A DNA stretch of 64,000 nucleotides, from the NCBI GenBank assembly GCA_038087875.1, contig CM075993.1, positions 8,062,001 through 8,126,000 on the forward strand. The letters are read 5' to 3'. Under the pieces are notes generated by a model. That model did no database searches, was not told the origin of the DNA, and was given only the letters and a program-made list of their open reading frames with translations. This document shows, piece by piece, positions 39,089 to 52,740 of this stretch. Every line of letters starts with the position of its first letter. Position 1 is the first letter of the stretch. Source of the stretch: Malacoraja senta. Its lineage: Eukaryota. A program made the position numbers and the translations under genes.

Positions 39089-39287
39089 GGTTCTTTACAG
39101 GTTAATAGTTGGTTTAAAGTTCTGGACCGAAATAATGATCACCTCCGGGACGATCAAGTTTGCAGGAAATAAGAAAAGCCTACTTTACTATTGTTTAAGT
39201 TGACTGGTGAACAATAAGGGAAATGAGACTAAGCAATAAGTCTATATCATTTGGATAACCCTATAGAAAGTCACATGTGAAACAGGT

Positions 39288-39620
39288 GTGTATGAAGGAA
39301 CTGCAGATGCTGGTTTAAACCGAAGATAGACACAAAATGCTGGAGTAACTCAGCGGGACAGGCAGCATCTCTGGAGAGAAGGAATGGGTGACGTTTTGGG
39401 TCTGAAGAAGGGCCTTGATCTGAAACGGCACCCGTTCCTTCTCTCCAGAGATGCTTCCTGTCCCACTGCGACGTTTTGGGCCGAGACCCTTCTTCAGGTG
39501 GGTCTGGACCTGAAACATCACCCATTTCTTCTCTCCAGAGATGCTGCCTGTCCCTCTGAGTTACGCCAGCTTGTTGTGTCTATCTTCGGTGTAAACCAGC
39601 ATCTGCAGTTCCTTCCTACG
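39288..39620. mobile_element. Compound Penelope-derived fold-back element
   Basis: Outer inverted arms with internally repeated hammerhead modules. Confidence 0.82.
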
Positions 39621-40342
39621 CATTGAACACACATCCTACGCATGTTATACGTAACTATGATTATGCTTATGCATTGTAACATTTTTTACTGAACTATATG
39701 CAAAAATAAAGATTATCACTGTACCTCGGTACATGACAATACTGTACCATTGAACCACTGATAAATCCACACAGATTTAGCTTTGCCAATGTACGGCCAC
39801 CTGTTTTGTATGTACGGAAAGCAAGGCTCAGCAACAATTGTGAGCAGGTGGAGGAGCAGCATGTCTGAGATCTGTGCCGTGCAGCCCCAGCTGCCGCCCA
39901 CACAACCAATTCAACCCATGGCTGCGCTGCCCATTCCAGGTCTTTGCTGCCCTCAGTGTCCAGCCACCCTGCCTGCCACACACCCCTCACCTCCTCCACA
40001 TTGAAGCTGCAATCCCTGCTGACGTTCGGCACGGGCAACAACGTCCGGGTCCGATTGTTTCCACGCAGTGAAAATGAAAACCCGCGGGCAGCAGCGAACC
40101 CGTCTGCCAGTCAGGTGCACGGAGCCAGTCAGTGGGCGTTACACATGCTGCCCCGCCAGCGACGGGCGGCCAAACTCGGAGTCGGCCCGGCCTGCTGCTC
40201 CCTCTCCACCATTGCTCATTCACTGACCTCCTGAAGCAAGGAAGTCACAGCAAAGCTCCAGTTTACCCAGTCAACAAACAAACGTCTCACTTAATACCAG
40301 TACCAAATCAGACATAACATGAAATTTAACTATTTAAGCCTT

Positions 40343-40655
40343 TTAGAGATACAGCCTGGAAACAGGTCTTTTGGGCCCACCGAGTCTGCTACCGACCAGC
40401 GATCACCCTGTAGACTAGCACTATCCCACACACTAGGGAGAATTTAGCTGTTTTTTTACCGAAGCCAATTAACTTGCAAACTTGTACGTCTTTGGAGAGT
40501 GGGAGGAATCCAGAGCACCCGGGGAAAACCCACGCAGTCACAGGGAGAACATACAAACACCGTACAGACAGCACCGACCGGTAGTACCAGTCAGGATTGA
40601 TCCTGGTTCTCTGGCGCTGTAAGGCAGCAACTCTACCGCTGCGCCACCGTGTGGC
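40343..40655 (-). mobile_element. V-SINE (HE1-like)
   Basis: Family similarity to other copies. Confidence 0.85.
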
Positions 40656-41034
40656 CCCTATATTGGAATTCTTCCAAAAAATGAAACAAAGTGCTGGAGT
40701 AACTCAGCAGGTCAGGCAGCATCTCTGGAGAAAAAGGATAGTGATGTTTCGGGTCCGTACCTTTCTTCAGTATCTGTGGAGAACATGGAAGACAGCCACG
40801 TTCCCCCGAGATGCTGCATCACCCGCTGAGTTACTCCAGCACTCTGTACATTTTTTGTAAACCGGCATCTGCAGTTGTTTGCTTCCACATGGAATACATC
40901 CAAGCACTTTCTGGCTTTATGTATTATTCACAGCACGGAGACTCACATTACCCTGCATCCTAAAAGCACGCTAAGCCTTCTGTCATCGGGTAAAATTAAC
41001 CCGACATTCTGGAAGCTTCAACACATCGAATCTC

Positions 41035-41410
41035 TGTTCAGTTCAGTTTATTGTTACGTGTACAGTGAAAAGCTTTTGTTGCGTGCTAACCAGTCAGTGG
41101 AAAGACAATACATGATAAGGGAATAACATTCAGTGCAAGATAAAGCCAGCAAAGTCTGATCAGAGATAGTCCAAGGGTCACCCAAGAGGTAGATAGTAGA
41201 TCAGCGCTGCTCTCTGGTTGTGGTGGGATGGTTCAGTTGCCTGAAAACAGCTGGGAAGAAACTGTCCCTGAATCTGGAGGTGTGCATTTTCACACTTCTA
41301 TACCTTCTGCCTGATGGGAGAGGGGAGAAGAGGGAGTGACCAGGGTATGACGTCCTTGATTATGCTGCTGGCCTTACCAAGGCAGCGTGAGGTGTAGATG
41401 GAGTCACTGA
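41035..41410 (-). mobile_element. Rex1/Babar LINE 3' end
   Basis: Minus strand IYTSRCLGKASSIIKD..LFSPLPSGRRYRSVK; (CTGAA)n tail. Confidence 0.85.
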
Positions 41411-42414
41411 AGGTGGTTGGTTTGAAAGGGACTCTGAAAGGTGGCAGAAGGAAGAATAACTGGTGGTCAGGCTGTCTTCCATGTTCTCCACAGATGCTGC
41501 CTGACCCGCTCAGTTACTCCACAACTGTGTCTTTTTTGGTAAACCAGCATCTGCAGTTCCTTGTGTGTGTGAAGGAACTGCAGATGCTGGTTTATATCGA
41601 AGGTAGACACAAAACGCTGGAGTAACTCAGCGGGTCAGGCGGCATCTCTGGAGAAAAGGAATAGTTATGGGTCGGAACCCTTCTACAGACTGAAAGATAA
41701 AGAAGACCAGAACAAATCAGGGCTGGCAATGGATTACCTTAGGCAGGGTGGAGTCCATAATGGCCCATTGTTGGCTGGCGAGGGATGAAACAATGCGAAC
41801 AGTGAAACTCGGAGGAGGACTGGAAGGGGCGAGGGAGGAGTGGGAGGGGAAATACAGGTGTTTCTTGAAATTACAGAAATCATTTATTCATCCCACTGAG
41901 TTGTGAGGTGCTCAGGCAAAATATGAGGTGGTGTTCCTCCAATTTGCCAGTGGTCACACTCTATCTGTAGTTCCTTGTGTCTCCAAAAATAACTGCTCTT
42001 TATTTTCAATTGAACAACAAAAAATTGCCCTCAAATAAAGATATTGGTCTGGACTATGGTCCAGACCCGAAACGTCACCTATCCATGATCTCCGAAGAGG
42101 CTGCCTGATCCGCTGAGTTACTTCAGTATTTTGTGTTGGCTGAAAAGCAAGAGCTCGTGGACAGCATCTTGTCCTGTGGTTGAAAATACTTAAGTTCAAG
42201 GGGCAGAATTAGACCATTCGATCCATCAAGTCTACTCTGCCATTCAATCATGGCTGATCTACCTTTCCCACTCAACCCCATTCTCCTGCCTTCTCCCAAT
42301 AACCCCGACACCCGTACTGATAAAAAATCTAGCAATCTCCGCCTTTAAAATATCCATTGACGGCCTCCACAGCCTTCTGTGGCAATGAATTCCACAGATT
42401 CTACCTCCCTCTAA

Positions 42415-42579
42415 TGGGCCTGACCCCTTTAGGCGACTGCCAGGGACTAGTTTTAATGGAATTCACCTACGACAACACCTACGTCAACCTACGACAGCAA
42501 ACATTGTCGCTGAAATATTTTAACATGTTGAAAATTTTGCGACAGTCGCCCAAAAAATCGCCTAAGTGGGACATGCCCA
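42415..42579. mobile_element. PIF/Harbinger-type MITE, family B short form
   Basis: TAA TSD both sides; TIR TGGGCCTGACCCCTTTAGGCGA / TCGCCTAAGTGGGACATGCCCA; inside a CR1 fragment. Confidence 0.82.
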
Positions 42580-42947
42580 TAAAGATCCTCATCTTTCTAA
42601 ATGACATGCTTTAGCTGGATCTTGCTTAATGTTAACGTGTTGTTGTAAGTCTACACTCAGCATGCACTGCTCCTCCCTGCGGCCTACTTACTGCCCATCC
42701 CTGATCGCCCTGAACAATGGGCCTCCTTCATTCAAGGCCACAGTAAATGAAGAGTGAATCATATTGCATGGGACTTGAGGAGTACGGGCTGATTGTGGAG
42801 TGAGGGCGCAGCAGTAGAGTCGCTGCCTTAGAGCGCCACAGACCCAGGTTCTATCCAGACTACGGGTGGGACAGGACCCTTTTTCAGGCTGATTGTTGTA
42901 GGTGTGGAAAAAGCTGGAAGAGAGGCGGGGGCAGGACAAAGTCTAGT

Positions 42948-43005
42948 AGGTGAGAGGTGGATACAGGTGAGAGGTGGATACAGATGAGAGGTGGATACAG
43001 GTGAG
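42948..43005. repeat. 17-bp tandem repeat, about 3.4 copies
   Basis: (AGGTGAGAGGTGGATAC)n. Confidence 0.9.
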
Positions 43006-43054
43006 GGGCGGGAGACTACACCACAGATCAAAGCCAGGTTGACACGCCACCAAG

Positions 43055-43335
43055 TGGGCGGCAAGGTGGCGCAGTGGTAGAGTTGCTGCCTTACAGCACC
43101 AGACACCCAGGTTCGATCCCGACTATGGGTGCTGCCTGCGCGGGTTGGTAGTTCTCCCTGTGACCGTGTGGGTTTTCTCTGGGTGCTCCGGTTTCCTCCC
43201 ACACTACAAAGGCCTACAGATTAATTGGCTTTAGTAAAATTGTAAATTGTCCCTAGTGTGTGGGATAGTGTCAGTGTGTGGGGCGATCGCTGGTAGGACT
43301 GGACTCGGTGGGCCGAAGGGCCTGTTTCCTGTCTA
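43055..43335 (+). mobile_element. V-SINE (HE1-like)
   Basis: Family similarity to other copies. Confidence 0.85.
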
Positions 43336-44095
43336 AAGTTTACGTTCTAATGGTTCAGTGATGGAGGAGGAATTCAGGGTAGGATGTGGATGCTTGCCTT
43401 CCCACTCGGTGGTAATGTTCAGAGCACCCGGGTAGTTAATGGAATAGGGAGCAGTAAATGGTGGAAATTCAAATCTATTTCGGATTTCCAGCACCTTTTT
43501 TTCGTGCTTTTGATGCGAGTCTGATCGAGTTGATTAGAGGGGAACTCTCTTGGCTACAAGCAATGCCAAGGCAGCTTCCTGCTTGATTCCGGCCCGCACC
43601 AGTGCTGCCTGGAAGACGAGATTTCACAGCCTGTGTGCAGGAAGGAACTGCAGATGCTGGTTTAAACCGAAAATAGACACAAAAAGCTGGAGTAACTCAG
43701 GGGGTCAGACAGCATCTCTGGACAGGAGGAATAGGTGACATTTTCGGGTCAAGTCTGAAGAAGGGTCTCGACCAGAAACGTCATCTATTCCTTCTCTCCG
43801 GCGATGGGGGCGGTGTTGTAGGTGGGGAGAAAGCCGCTGTTGGGCAGTGAGTCCACCTCAGATTGTGAAATGAATCAGGCTGAAAATCTCAGTAGACACA
43901 AAAAGCTGCAGTAACTCTGCTGGCCAGACAGCATACGATTCGATAGAACCTGTGATAAGTAAAGTTCCATCGTCTCGCATGCTGTCTGTCCCGCTGAGTT
44001 ACTCCAGCTTTTTGTGTCTATCTTCTGAGGTTTTCAGCCAAATTCATTTCACAATCCCGATCACGGGTACTGTCTGTACGGAGTTTGTACGTCCT

Positions 44096-44948
44096 CGAGC
44101 GGTCACGGGGCGCCGTCTAGTATGGCTGCCCTGCCAGCAGCTGTTAGTCTTTTCACCATTTTTTTATTTTTAGTTAGTTAAAAGTGTTTTGTTTGGAGGT
44201 CTTTTAGTCTTTTTATGTGGGGGGTGGGGGGTGGGGAAAGGGGGAAACTATTCTTCTCAGTCCCTACCTGGTCGGAGATGCGGGTTTTCTCCGAGCCGTA
44301 TCTTCGCCCCTTCCTCGCGGCCTACGGGCAGACCGGAGCGGCGTTTTCCTGCCGGGACCGGCCAGGACTTCAGCTTCGGCGGCGGCACAGCACTGAAGTA
44401 CCATCGCGGAGCGGGCGATGCCTTACCCGGGTCGTCGTGCAGCAAGCTCCGGAGTGCTGTGACCGCCGGCACCAACATCGCGGAGCTGCGGTCTGCGGAG
44501 CTTCCAGCCGCGGGCGGCGCTGAGCTTTAAACAACGCGGAGCCTGGGATCTGACGACGAGGTCGCCAAAGTCGGAGGATCGACCAGCGCGGCTCGTGGAC
44601 TTCGGGAGCCGCGGTCTACTGGGAGGAAGCGGCCGCTCCAGACACTCCGGCGCGCTGAGAGTGTTCACCCGACGCCAGAGCTCCATCATCCAGCGAGAGG
44701 ACCTGAAGCATCGGGATGCCGTAGGCCTCAATAGGCCCCGACTACTGGTGAACTGGGGATGGGACTGGACTTTGCTGCCTTCCCCCACAGTGGGAACCAT
44801 TGTGGGGGGATTTTATGTTTATTGTTAAATTCTGTTAAATTCTTTAATGTTGTGTATTATCTTTATTCATGTGCTGCATTGGCAAGTCGAATTTCACTAC
44901 ACCAATTGGTGTATGTGACAATAAATGTCCTTTGTCCTTTGTCCTTTG
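44096..44948 (+). mobile_element. GC-rich non-coding retroposon inserted in a V-SINE (SINE spans ~44055-45152)
   Basis: SINE breaks at TTTGTACGTCC and resumes at CCGTGACCTGCGTG; insert ends TGACAATAAA(TGTCCTT)n. Confidence 0.7.
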
Positions 44949-45415
44949 TCCCCGTGACCTGCGTGAGTTTTCTACGAGATCTTCGGTTTCCTCCCACATT
45001 CCAAAGACGCACAGGTTTGTAGGTGAATTGGCTTGGTAAACTGTAAAAATTGTCCATAGTGTGTGTAGGATAGTGTTAATGTGCGGGAATCGCTGGTCGG
45101 TGCAGACCCGGTGGGCCGAAGGGCCTGCTTCCATGCTGTATCTGTAAACTAAACAATCTGGGTTGTGAAGTCACCGCCCCCAGTTCTCCGGCAGCCTCTC
45201 GGCATTCTTCCAGCTTTGAGGTGTGGCGGGTGCTCAGGTGGCTGATGAAGCCAGAGTGGAAGGTGCAGCCACCTCCACTGACGGCCAGTAAGTGGGTGGT
45301 GTGTGAGCCCTGGCACGCTCCTCCTCCACCTCTAGTGCAGGCTCCATCTACAGGGGGTCTCAGGAGAACCAGCGGGACTGGCCAACACTCCAGTTTTGTG
45401 GGTTCAGGGGACTTT

Positions 45416-45708
45416 GTGGTGCAGCGGTAGAGTTGCTGCCTTACAGCGCCAGGGACCTGGGTTCCATCCTGGCCACAGGTGCTGTCTGTACGGAGTTTGA
45501 TTGTTCTCCCCGTGACCGCGCGGGTTTTCTCCGTAATCTTCGGTTTCCTCCCACACTCCAAAGACGTAGATGAGTCGGTTAATTGGCTTGGTGTCCGTGT
45601 AAATCGTTCCTAGTGAGTGTCGGGTAGCGTTAGTGTGCGGGGATTACTGGACGGTGCGGGCTCAGTGGGCCAAAGGGCCTGTTTCCGCGCTGTATCTCTA
45701 AACTAAAC
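45416..45708 (+). mobile_element. V-SINE (HE1-like)
   Basis: Family similarity to other copies. Confidence 0.85.
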
Positions 45709-47019
45709 TATAATGATGAGAGACACAGGTAACCGGTTTCCCAGGGTGGATAAGTCAAAGACAAGCATGCACAGCCTTAAGGTGGAATAGGGGGCAAAGT
45801 TTAAAGGAGATGTACAGAGCAAGTTTTTAAAAAAACAGAATGGTGGGGGCCAGGTACGAGCTGCCAGGGGTGGGGGTGGAGGCCGATACAGCAGTGGCAT
45901 TTAAGAGGGTTGTCGATAGGCACATGGAAATGCAGGGAATGGAGAGATCTGGATCGAATGCAGGCGGAGTGCAGGCAGGGGAGATTAGCTTCATTTGGCA
46001 TTGTGTTCGACACAGACATTGTGGTCGGAAGGGCCTGTTCCTGTGCTGTACTGTTCTACGTTCTATGCATAGATAGGGTAGATAGTAATATTCTGTCTGA
46101 AGAGTCTGAGGAAGAGTCCCGATCTGAAATGTCACCTACTCTGCCTGATCCGCTGAGTTACTCCAGCACTTTGTGTCTAACTTTAGTAATATTGTGATTC
46201 TACCACCTCCTCTGGCAGCGAGTTCCAGAGATCAACCACTGTAAGAAAAACATTCCCCTCTGATCTCTCCGAAACCTCCTCCATCTCAACTTAAACCTAA
46301 GCCCTCTTGTTCAAGACACCCTTGCCTGGGATTAAAAAGAGACAAAGGAGGTTTCGGACAGATCAGAGGTGAATGTTTCATACAGTGGCTGACATCTAGA
46401 ACTTGCTGCCAGAGGTGAGGACGGAATCAGATATAATCACATCATTTAAGGGGCATCTAGATAACCACTTGAATAGCCAAGGCATCAAAGGCCACAGACC
46501 TAATATAGGTTAATGGGACTGGTATAGATAAGTACAATGTTTGGCATAGATATGGTGGGCCGATGGGTTGTACAACTCAATAATGCTGAACCCACCCCTG
46601 TAAATTACAACACAGGAACAGGCCCTTCGGCCCACAATGTCCGTGCCGAACATGAAGCCAAGTTAAACTCAACAGCCTGCACATGATCCATGGCCCTCTG
46701 TTCCCTCCACTTCCAATTGCCTATCTAAAAGCCTTATAAACAACACTATTGTATCTGCCTCCACCACCACCCCGGCCAATGCGCACCAGGCCCCATCACT
46801 CTCTGTATAAAGGAACCTGCCTGTACATCTCTATTACACTTTCCCTCTCTCACCTTCTAGCTATGCCTGTGTGGTGTTGGACATCTCCACACTGGGAAAA
46901 AGGTTTGGACTGTCTACCCTATCTATGCCTCTCATTATTCAATATGCTTCTATCAAGTCTCTCCCCAACCTCCGACATTGCAGAGAGCAGTAGCATTGTG
47001 ACTTGGCATTCCACAGCAG

Positions 47020-47362
47020 GCTTGGATAGAGCGGATGAGGAGAGGATGTTTCCACTTGTGGGAGAGTCTAGGACCAGAGGCCATAGCCTCAGCATAAAAG
47101 GATGTACCTTGTGAAAGGGCACGAGGAGGAATTTAGTCAGAGGGTGGTGAGTCTGTGGAATTCATTGCCACAGACGGCTGTGGAGGCCATCGATGGATAT
47201 TTTTAAGGTAGAGATTGAAAGATTCTTGATTAGTACGGGTGTCATGGGTTATGGGGAGCAGGCAGGAGAATGGGGTTAAGAGGGAAAGATAGATTAGCCA
47301 TTATTGAATGGAGGAGTAAACGTGATGGGCCGAATGGCCTAATTCTGCTCCTAGAACTTATG
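47020..47362 (+). mobile_element. CR1 LINE 3' fragment (older CR1-like pieces also at ~45735-46065 and ~46590-46990)
   Basis: GLDRADEERMFPLVGESRTRGHSL. Confidence 0.85.
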
Positions 47363-50065
47363 AAGATGAACACCTTCCCTCTCCGCTCCCCACATCAGTG
47401 ACAGCAACAACTCCAAACAGAAAAACAAAATCACTAATGCGACAGCTCGCCTGAACTGCCCAACATGGCTTCCTAAAACAGAGAATGTGTTGTGGTTCAC
47501 AACAAATAGCCTCCACTGAAATTACTCATCACTCGGCAGGAAACGCTTTTTTTTTTTTTTTTTACAAAATGAAAAAACGGTTCGCAATTTTCACTCGCGC
47601 TGCCTGGGCTGAAAATGAAGTTTCTGACAACATCTTGTGAACTGAGGCGCGGATAAACAGTCTCAAGCGGGAAGCTGGAGAGAGAAACTCTCTCCCCAAG
47701 TAAAACTGAAAGTGTGAACCAGCTGCTGAGTGTGTGCGTGACACTCGGGCAAGCCGACGGAGCTGCAGTGTTTATTCTGCCAGTCACAGGGTCTCTATTA
47801 ATTAGACACACACTACAGGGTGTCCACTGCCGCCCAGCCACCAGTCCTCGCTCCACTCCCCACGTCCCAAGCCTGAGATAAATTCGTCAAAATAACATAC
47901 AACCCTTTCATATCCTCATTACTCAACCAAAGCCCTGTAGCTAAAGGGCTCTTTCCGCCCCTTACCTTTGAATAAACACAGACCTAAACATACATGGGGT
48001 CAGGCACACAGCACAGAAACTGCCCAGTCCACCCAACTCTGAAGATGGGTCTCGACCCGAAACATCACCCACTCCTTCTCTCTGCCTGTCCCGCTGAGTT
48101 ACTCCAGCATTTTGTATCTATCTTCAACCCAACTCGTGAGTCTGAAGCCCCCGACCCAAAATGTCACCTATCCCCGTTCTCCAGAGACACTGCCTGACCT
48201 GCTGAGTTACTCCAGCACTGTGTGTCTTTATAGGTTTACAGTGTGTTGGTTTTGCTGGCAACTGTATTACACTATTCATCCATCATGTGAAAAGAAAAAT
48301 AATAAAAGTGTAGACTCAAGGAACTGTCTATTTCCATCCAAAATGCATATCAAAGCTAGTCCCATTGGTATCCCCTTAAACCTTTCCGATCATTGTCCCT
48401 GTCCAAATGTCTTACAATGTCATTATAGAACCTGCTTAACTACTTCCTCAAGCATCTTGTTCCATGTACCGACTACGCTCTGTGCGAAAAAGTTGTCCCT
48501 CAGGGTTCCTATTAAATCTTTCCTCTTACACCTTAAACCCTCTGGTTCTTGATTCCTCGACCCTGGGAAAAGTCGACGTGTATTCCCCCATCTCTGCCCT
48601 TAGAGAGGTGACCCATATACACAATATACATCACACAACCTTCTGTGCTACTGAGTCTACCTTGCTTTCTCACTCTCTGTCTGAAGAAGGGTTCCAGGTC
48701 TGAAAGTGTAGGAAGAAACTGCAGATGCCAGTTTATACCAAAAATGCTGGAGTAACTCAGCGGGTCAGGCAGCATCTCTGGAGGAAAGGAATAGGTGACA
48801 TTTCGGATCAAAACCCTTTTGAAAACTGGGTTTAAAGAAGGGTTCCAATCAGAAACGTCACCTATTCCTTTTCTCCAGGGATGTTTTCTGACCCTCTGAG
48901 TTACTCCAGCACTTTGTGTCTATTCCAGGTCTGAAATGTCGACTGTTTCTCCGTCCACCCCCTGACCTCCTGAGTTGCTACAGCAAGGCTCAGCTGCAAA
49001 TCATAGGGTATAGGAGTAGAATTAGGCCATTCGGCCCATCATGTCTACTCCGCCATTCAATCATGGCTGATCTATCTCTCCCTCCCAACCCCATTCTCTT
49101 GCCTTCTCCCCATAACCTTCTCTTGTCTGGAATCCCCACCCCTCTCCGACAACCAGCCCACCCTCTTCAGTCGAATGGGCTCTACACTGTATAGAATCAT
49201 ATAGCATGGAAACAGGCCCTTCAGCCCAACTCGTATATGTCCACCAAGATGCCACGTCTAAGCTAGTCCCACCTGCCCACGTTTGGTCCATGTCCCTCTC
49301 AACCTGTCCTATCCATGTACTGTGTCTTTGAAATGCTGTTATGGTGCCTGCCTCAACTACCTCCTCTGGCACCTTGTTCCATATACCCACGTACCATGTC
49401 ATAGGTAGTCAGTCCTAGGTAACAGATGAAGTTGGCCTCATTTCAAGTGCTCGGCTTGCAGAAGCAATGATTTTGCAGAGGCACCTGGGCTACAAATAAC
49501 CTGACTCATGGAAGCCTCACTTTGAGCAAATTCTCCCACACCCATTTTTTTCTGCATTTTTCAAGCGAGTAATGGTCAAATGTTTCACAGCACTCAATTA
49601 TGACGGAAAACGGGATAGATTCCATTAGTTTATTCATGAGTAATCATTCAATGAAATGAAAGATTTATAGCTAGAAACAGCTTTCTTCCCCCCTCTCTCC
49701 CCTCCCCCCCGAATCAGCCTGAAGGGTCTTGGCCCAAAATGCGAAACGCAACCTATCCATGTCATCCAGTGATGCTCCCTGACCCGCTAAGATACTCCAG
49801 CGCTTTAAGTCCTTCTCTGTAAACCAGCATCTGCAGTGCCTTGTTTTTACTCATACAGCAAGTGCATGTTCAACCATGGTGTGGCGCAGCAGTAGAGTTG
49901 CTGCCTTACAGCGCCAGAGACCCGGGTTCGATCCTGACTACCGGTGCTGTCTATTCCTGTTCTATGTTCTAGTGCTCTACCCACATTCTAGTGACATGCC
50001 CTTGGTCACCAATACTGTAGCAGTAAAGTTATGGTGATAAGCAACCAGTCCTTTAAAGTAAAGTG

Positions 50066-50778
50066 TGGCATCACGGTGGCGCAGTGGTAGAGATGCCGCC
50101 TTACAGTGAGTGACAGGGACCCGGGTTCAATCCTGACTACGGATGCTGCCTGTATGGAGTTTGTATGTCCTCCCTGTGACCACGTGGGTTTTCTCCAGGT
50201 GATCTAGTTTCCTCCCACACCCCAAAGACGTGCAGGTTTGCATGTGAATCGGTTTGGTAAAATTGTAAATTGTCCCTAGTTTTAGTGTGCGGTGATCTTT
50301 GGGCCGAAGGGCCTGTTCTCCATGCTGTATCTCTAAACTAATCTCTAAACTAAGCGAAGCAATATAATATGAATCACTTGGATGGTTCTGACTGGAGGAG
50401 AAATCGGCTTCACGGGTAGGTCCCAGGTAGCTGACGCAAGGACTGCCCACACTGTGAGCCCATATCAGGTTTATTTTTATTAAAACTTAAAGTGTGGAAA
50501 CAGGCCCTTCAGCCCACTGAGTTCACGCTGACCAGCAATCCCTGCACACTAACACTATCCTATACACACTAGGGACAATTTACAATTATATCGGGCCAAT
50601 TAACCTACAAACCTGAACGTCTTTGGAGTGTGGGAGGAAACCGGAGATCCCGGGGGAAACCCTCGCAGGTCATGGGGAGAACGTACAAACTCCGTACGGG
50701 CAGCACTCGTAGTCTGGATCGAACCCGGGTCTCGGCCGCTGTAAGGCAGCAGCTCTACCGCTGCGCCACCATGCCGCC
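50066..50778. mobile_element. Two V-SINEs tail-to-tail (~50066-50352 plus; ~50494-50778 minus)
   Basis: Family similarity, opposite orientation. Confidence 0.85.
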
Positions 50779-51924
50779 CACATCCTGTTACCAATTACTT
50801 CATATCCATCGATCCAATTTATTTTGCCGAGGAAAATAGATCCTTCCTTTTTGCTTTGGTCTGGATCTTTAAGAATTTTATAAACCTCAAATAAATGTCC
50901 TATCAGCTCATTCTGAGTGGATAGGGTCCACAATTGAAAGGCCACAAAGTGCTGGAGTAACTCAGCGGGTCAGGCAACATCTCTGGAGAAGGTGGCTATG
51001 CGACGATTTGGGTCAGGACCGTTCTTCAGACACGTGCCCGTATATTTACACGGGAGTTTAAAGAAAGGTCCAGTACTCTGTGAAACTTCACCTATCCATG
51101 TTCTCCAAAGATGCTGCCTGACCCACGTGAGTTACTCCAGCACTTTGTGTCCTTTTGTGTATTAACCGGTATCTGCAGTTCCTTGCCTCCACATATCTAC
51201 TGACATCCGCACCTTCATCCCCAATGGCTCATTGCTCAAGATAGTTAACTGCTTTAAAATATCCTCTTCCTTGGCTGTGAGGGGAGTTGTGTTTGGGGAT
51301 GGAAGCTGTTCTGGACAGGGCTTGGCCCACGTTGTCCAAGTACTGACCTTCACAACAAGCTACAATTTTCCAGGTGACTCAACAAGAAGGCATTTTGCTG
51401 CGGTTGCCAGCACTCCCCAATAAAACCAACAGTGCTGGGATGAGTCATGGTGAGAAAGGCTGGGTTGTCCACACTTGGTTGATAATTAATCTTTGTGCAC
51501 CTGGGATCCTCACATTGAAAAATGTGTAGGAAGGAACTGCAGGATGCTGGTTTACTCCGAAGATAGACACAAAATGCTGGAGTGGCTCAGCGGCATCTCT
51601 GGAGAGAAGGAGTGGGTGACGTTTTAGAAGAGGAGTCTCGACCTGAAACGTCGCCCATTCCTTCTCTCCAGAGATGCTGCCTGTCCCACTGAGTTACTCC
51701 AGCATTTTGTTGAGCATCTTCATTGAGAGATAAGCAACAGGCAGGAGATAAAACCCACTTAGGTTGAAGGTGGAGATGGCACGAAGGTTGAAGGTGGTCG
51801 TGCGAGGAGCGGGATGACCAGACAGAGGTAATGTCTGCAACGGGTCTTTGTGGCCAGCTGTAGTTGGTAATGGGCTATGGTGCCAACACCTGGTGACTCT
51901 TATATAGGGACCCTGTGGGCTGTT

Positions 51925-52630
51925 TCTATGCCACAGTCAAACAGGCCCAAAAGAGGATGTTCTTCCTACAGCAGCTGAGGAAACACAATCTGCCACAGGC
52001 AATGGAGAAGGGTTTGTCCGTCTGAAGAAGGGTTTCAGGCCCGAAACGTTGCCTATTTCCTTCGCACCATAGATGCTGCCTCCTCACCCACCGAGTTTCT
52101 CCAGCATTTTTGTCTACCTGCCACAGGCAATGATGGTCCAATTGTATACTGCCATCGTAGAGTCTGTCCTCACCTTCTCCATCATGGTCTGGTTTGGCTC
52201 ATCCAGAGGCTGCAGCGAATCGTCCGATCAGCTGAGAAGGTTGTTGGCTGCAACCTTCCCTCCATTGACGAACTGTACACTGCACGGGCCAGGAAGCGAG
52301 CGGGTAAGATCATCTCTGACCCCTCTCACCCTGGCCACAAACTCTTTGAATCACTTCCCTCTGGAAGGCGACTCCGGATTGTCAAAGCTGCCACAGCCAG
52401 ACATAAAAACAGCTTTTTTTCCACGAGCAGAACCAAAAATCTGTAGCCTCCTTTTGCTCTGGTATTTCATTTCATTCACATGTTTAAACTATAATGTTTT
52501 ATTGTTAATGTTTTAAAGTTTCATGTTTCATTCTTAATTGTTAACTGTATGTCGTGTTGTTACTTGCGAGCGGAGCACCAAGGCAAATTCCTTGTATGTG
52601 TACATACTTGGCCAATAAACTTATTCGTTC
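51925..52630 (+). mobile_element. Rex1/Babar LINE 3' part
   Basis: AQKRMFFLQQLRKHNLPQAMMVQLYTAIVESVLTFSIMVWFGS..KIISDPSHPGHKLFESLPSGRR. Confidence 0.92.
52005..52117 (+). mobile_element. Penelope-derived hammerhead mini-element
   Basis: 15-bp TSD CTGCCACAGGCAATG (51990-52004, 52118-52132) inside the Rex1 ORF. Confidence 0.92.
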
Positions 52631-52740
52631 ATTCATCCATTATGTACTATGAACTAATAAATACTTTATTGTCACATGTGACAAGTCACAGTGAAATTCT
52701 TTGCTTGCGTACCCAAGGTATGCAAATAGTCGCCCATAAA

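Noticed and set aside
43055..43130. tRNA-like sequences with A/B boxes
   Set aside because: These are SINE heads continuous with the V-SINE body, not tRNA genes
44096..44160. G-rich 5' end of the GC-rich insert tested as another HDV-like ribozyme
   Set aside because: I could not assign P1/P2/P3 pairings or the L3 and J4/2 motifs
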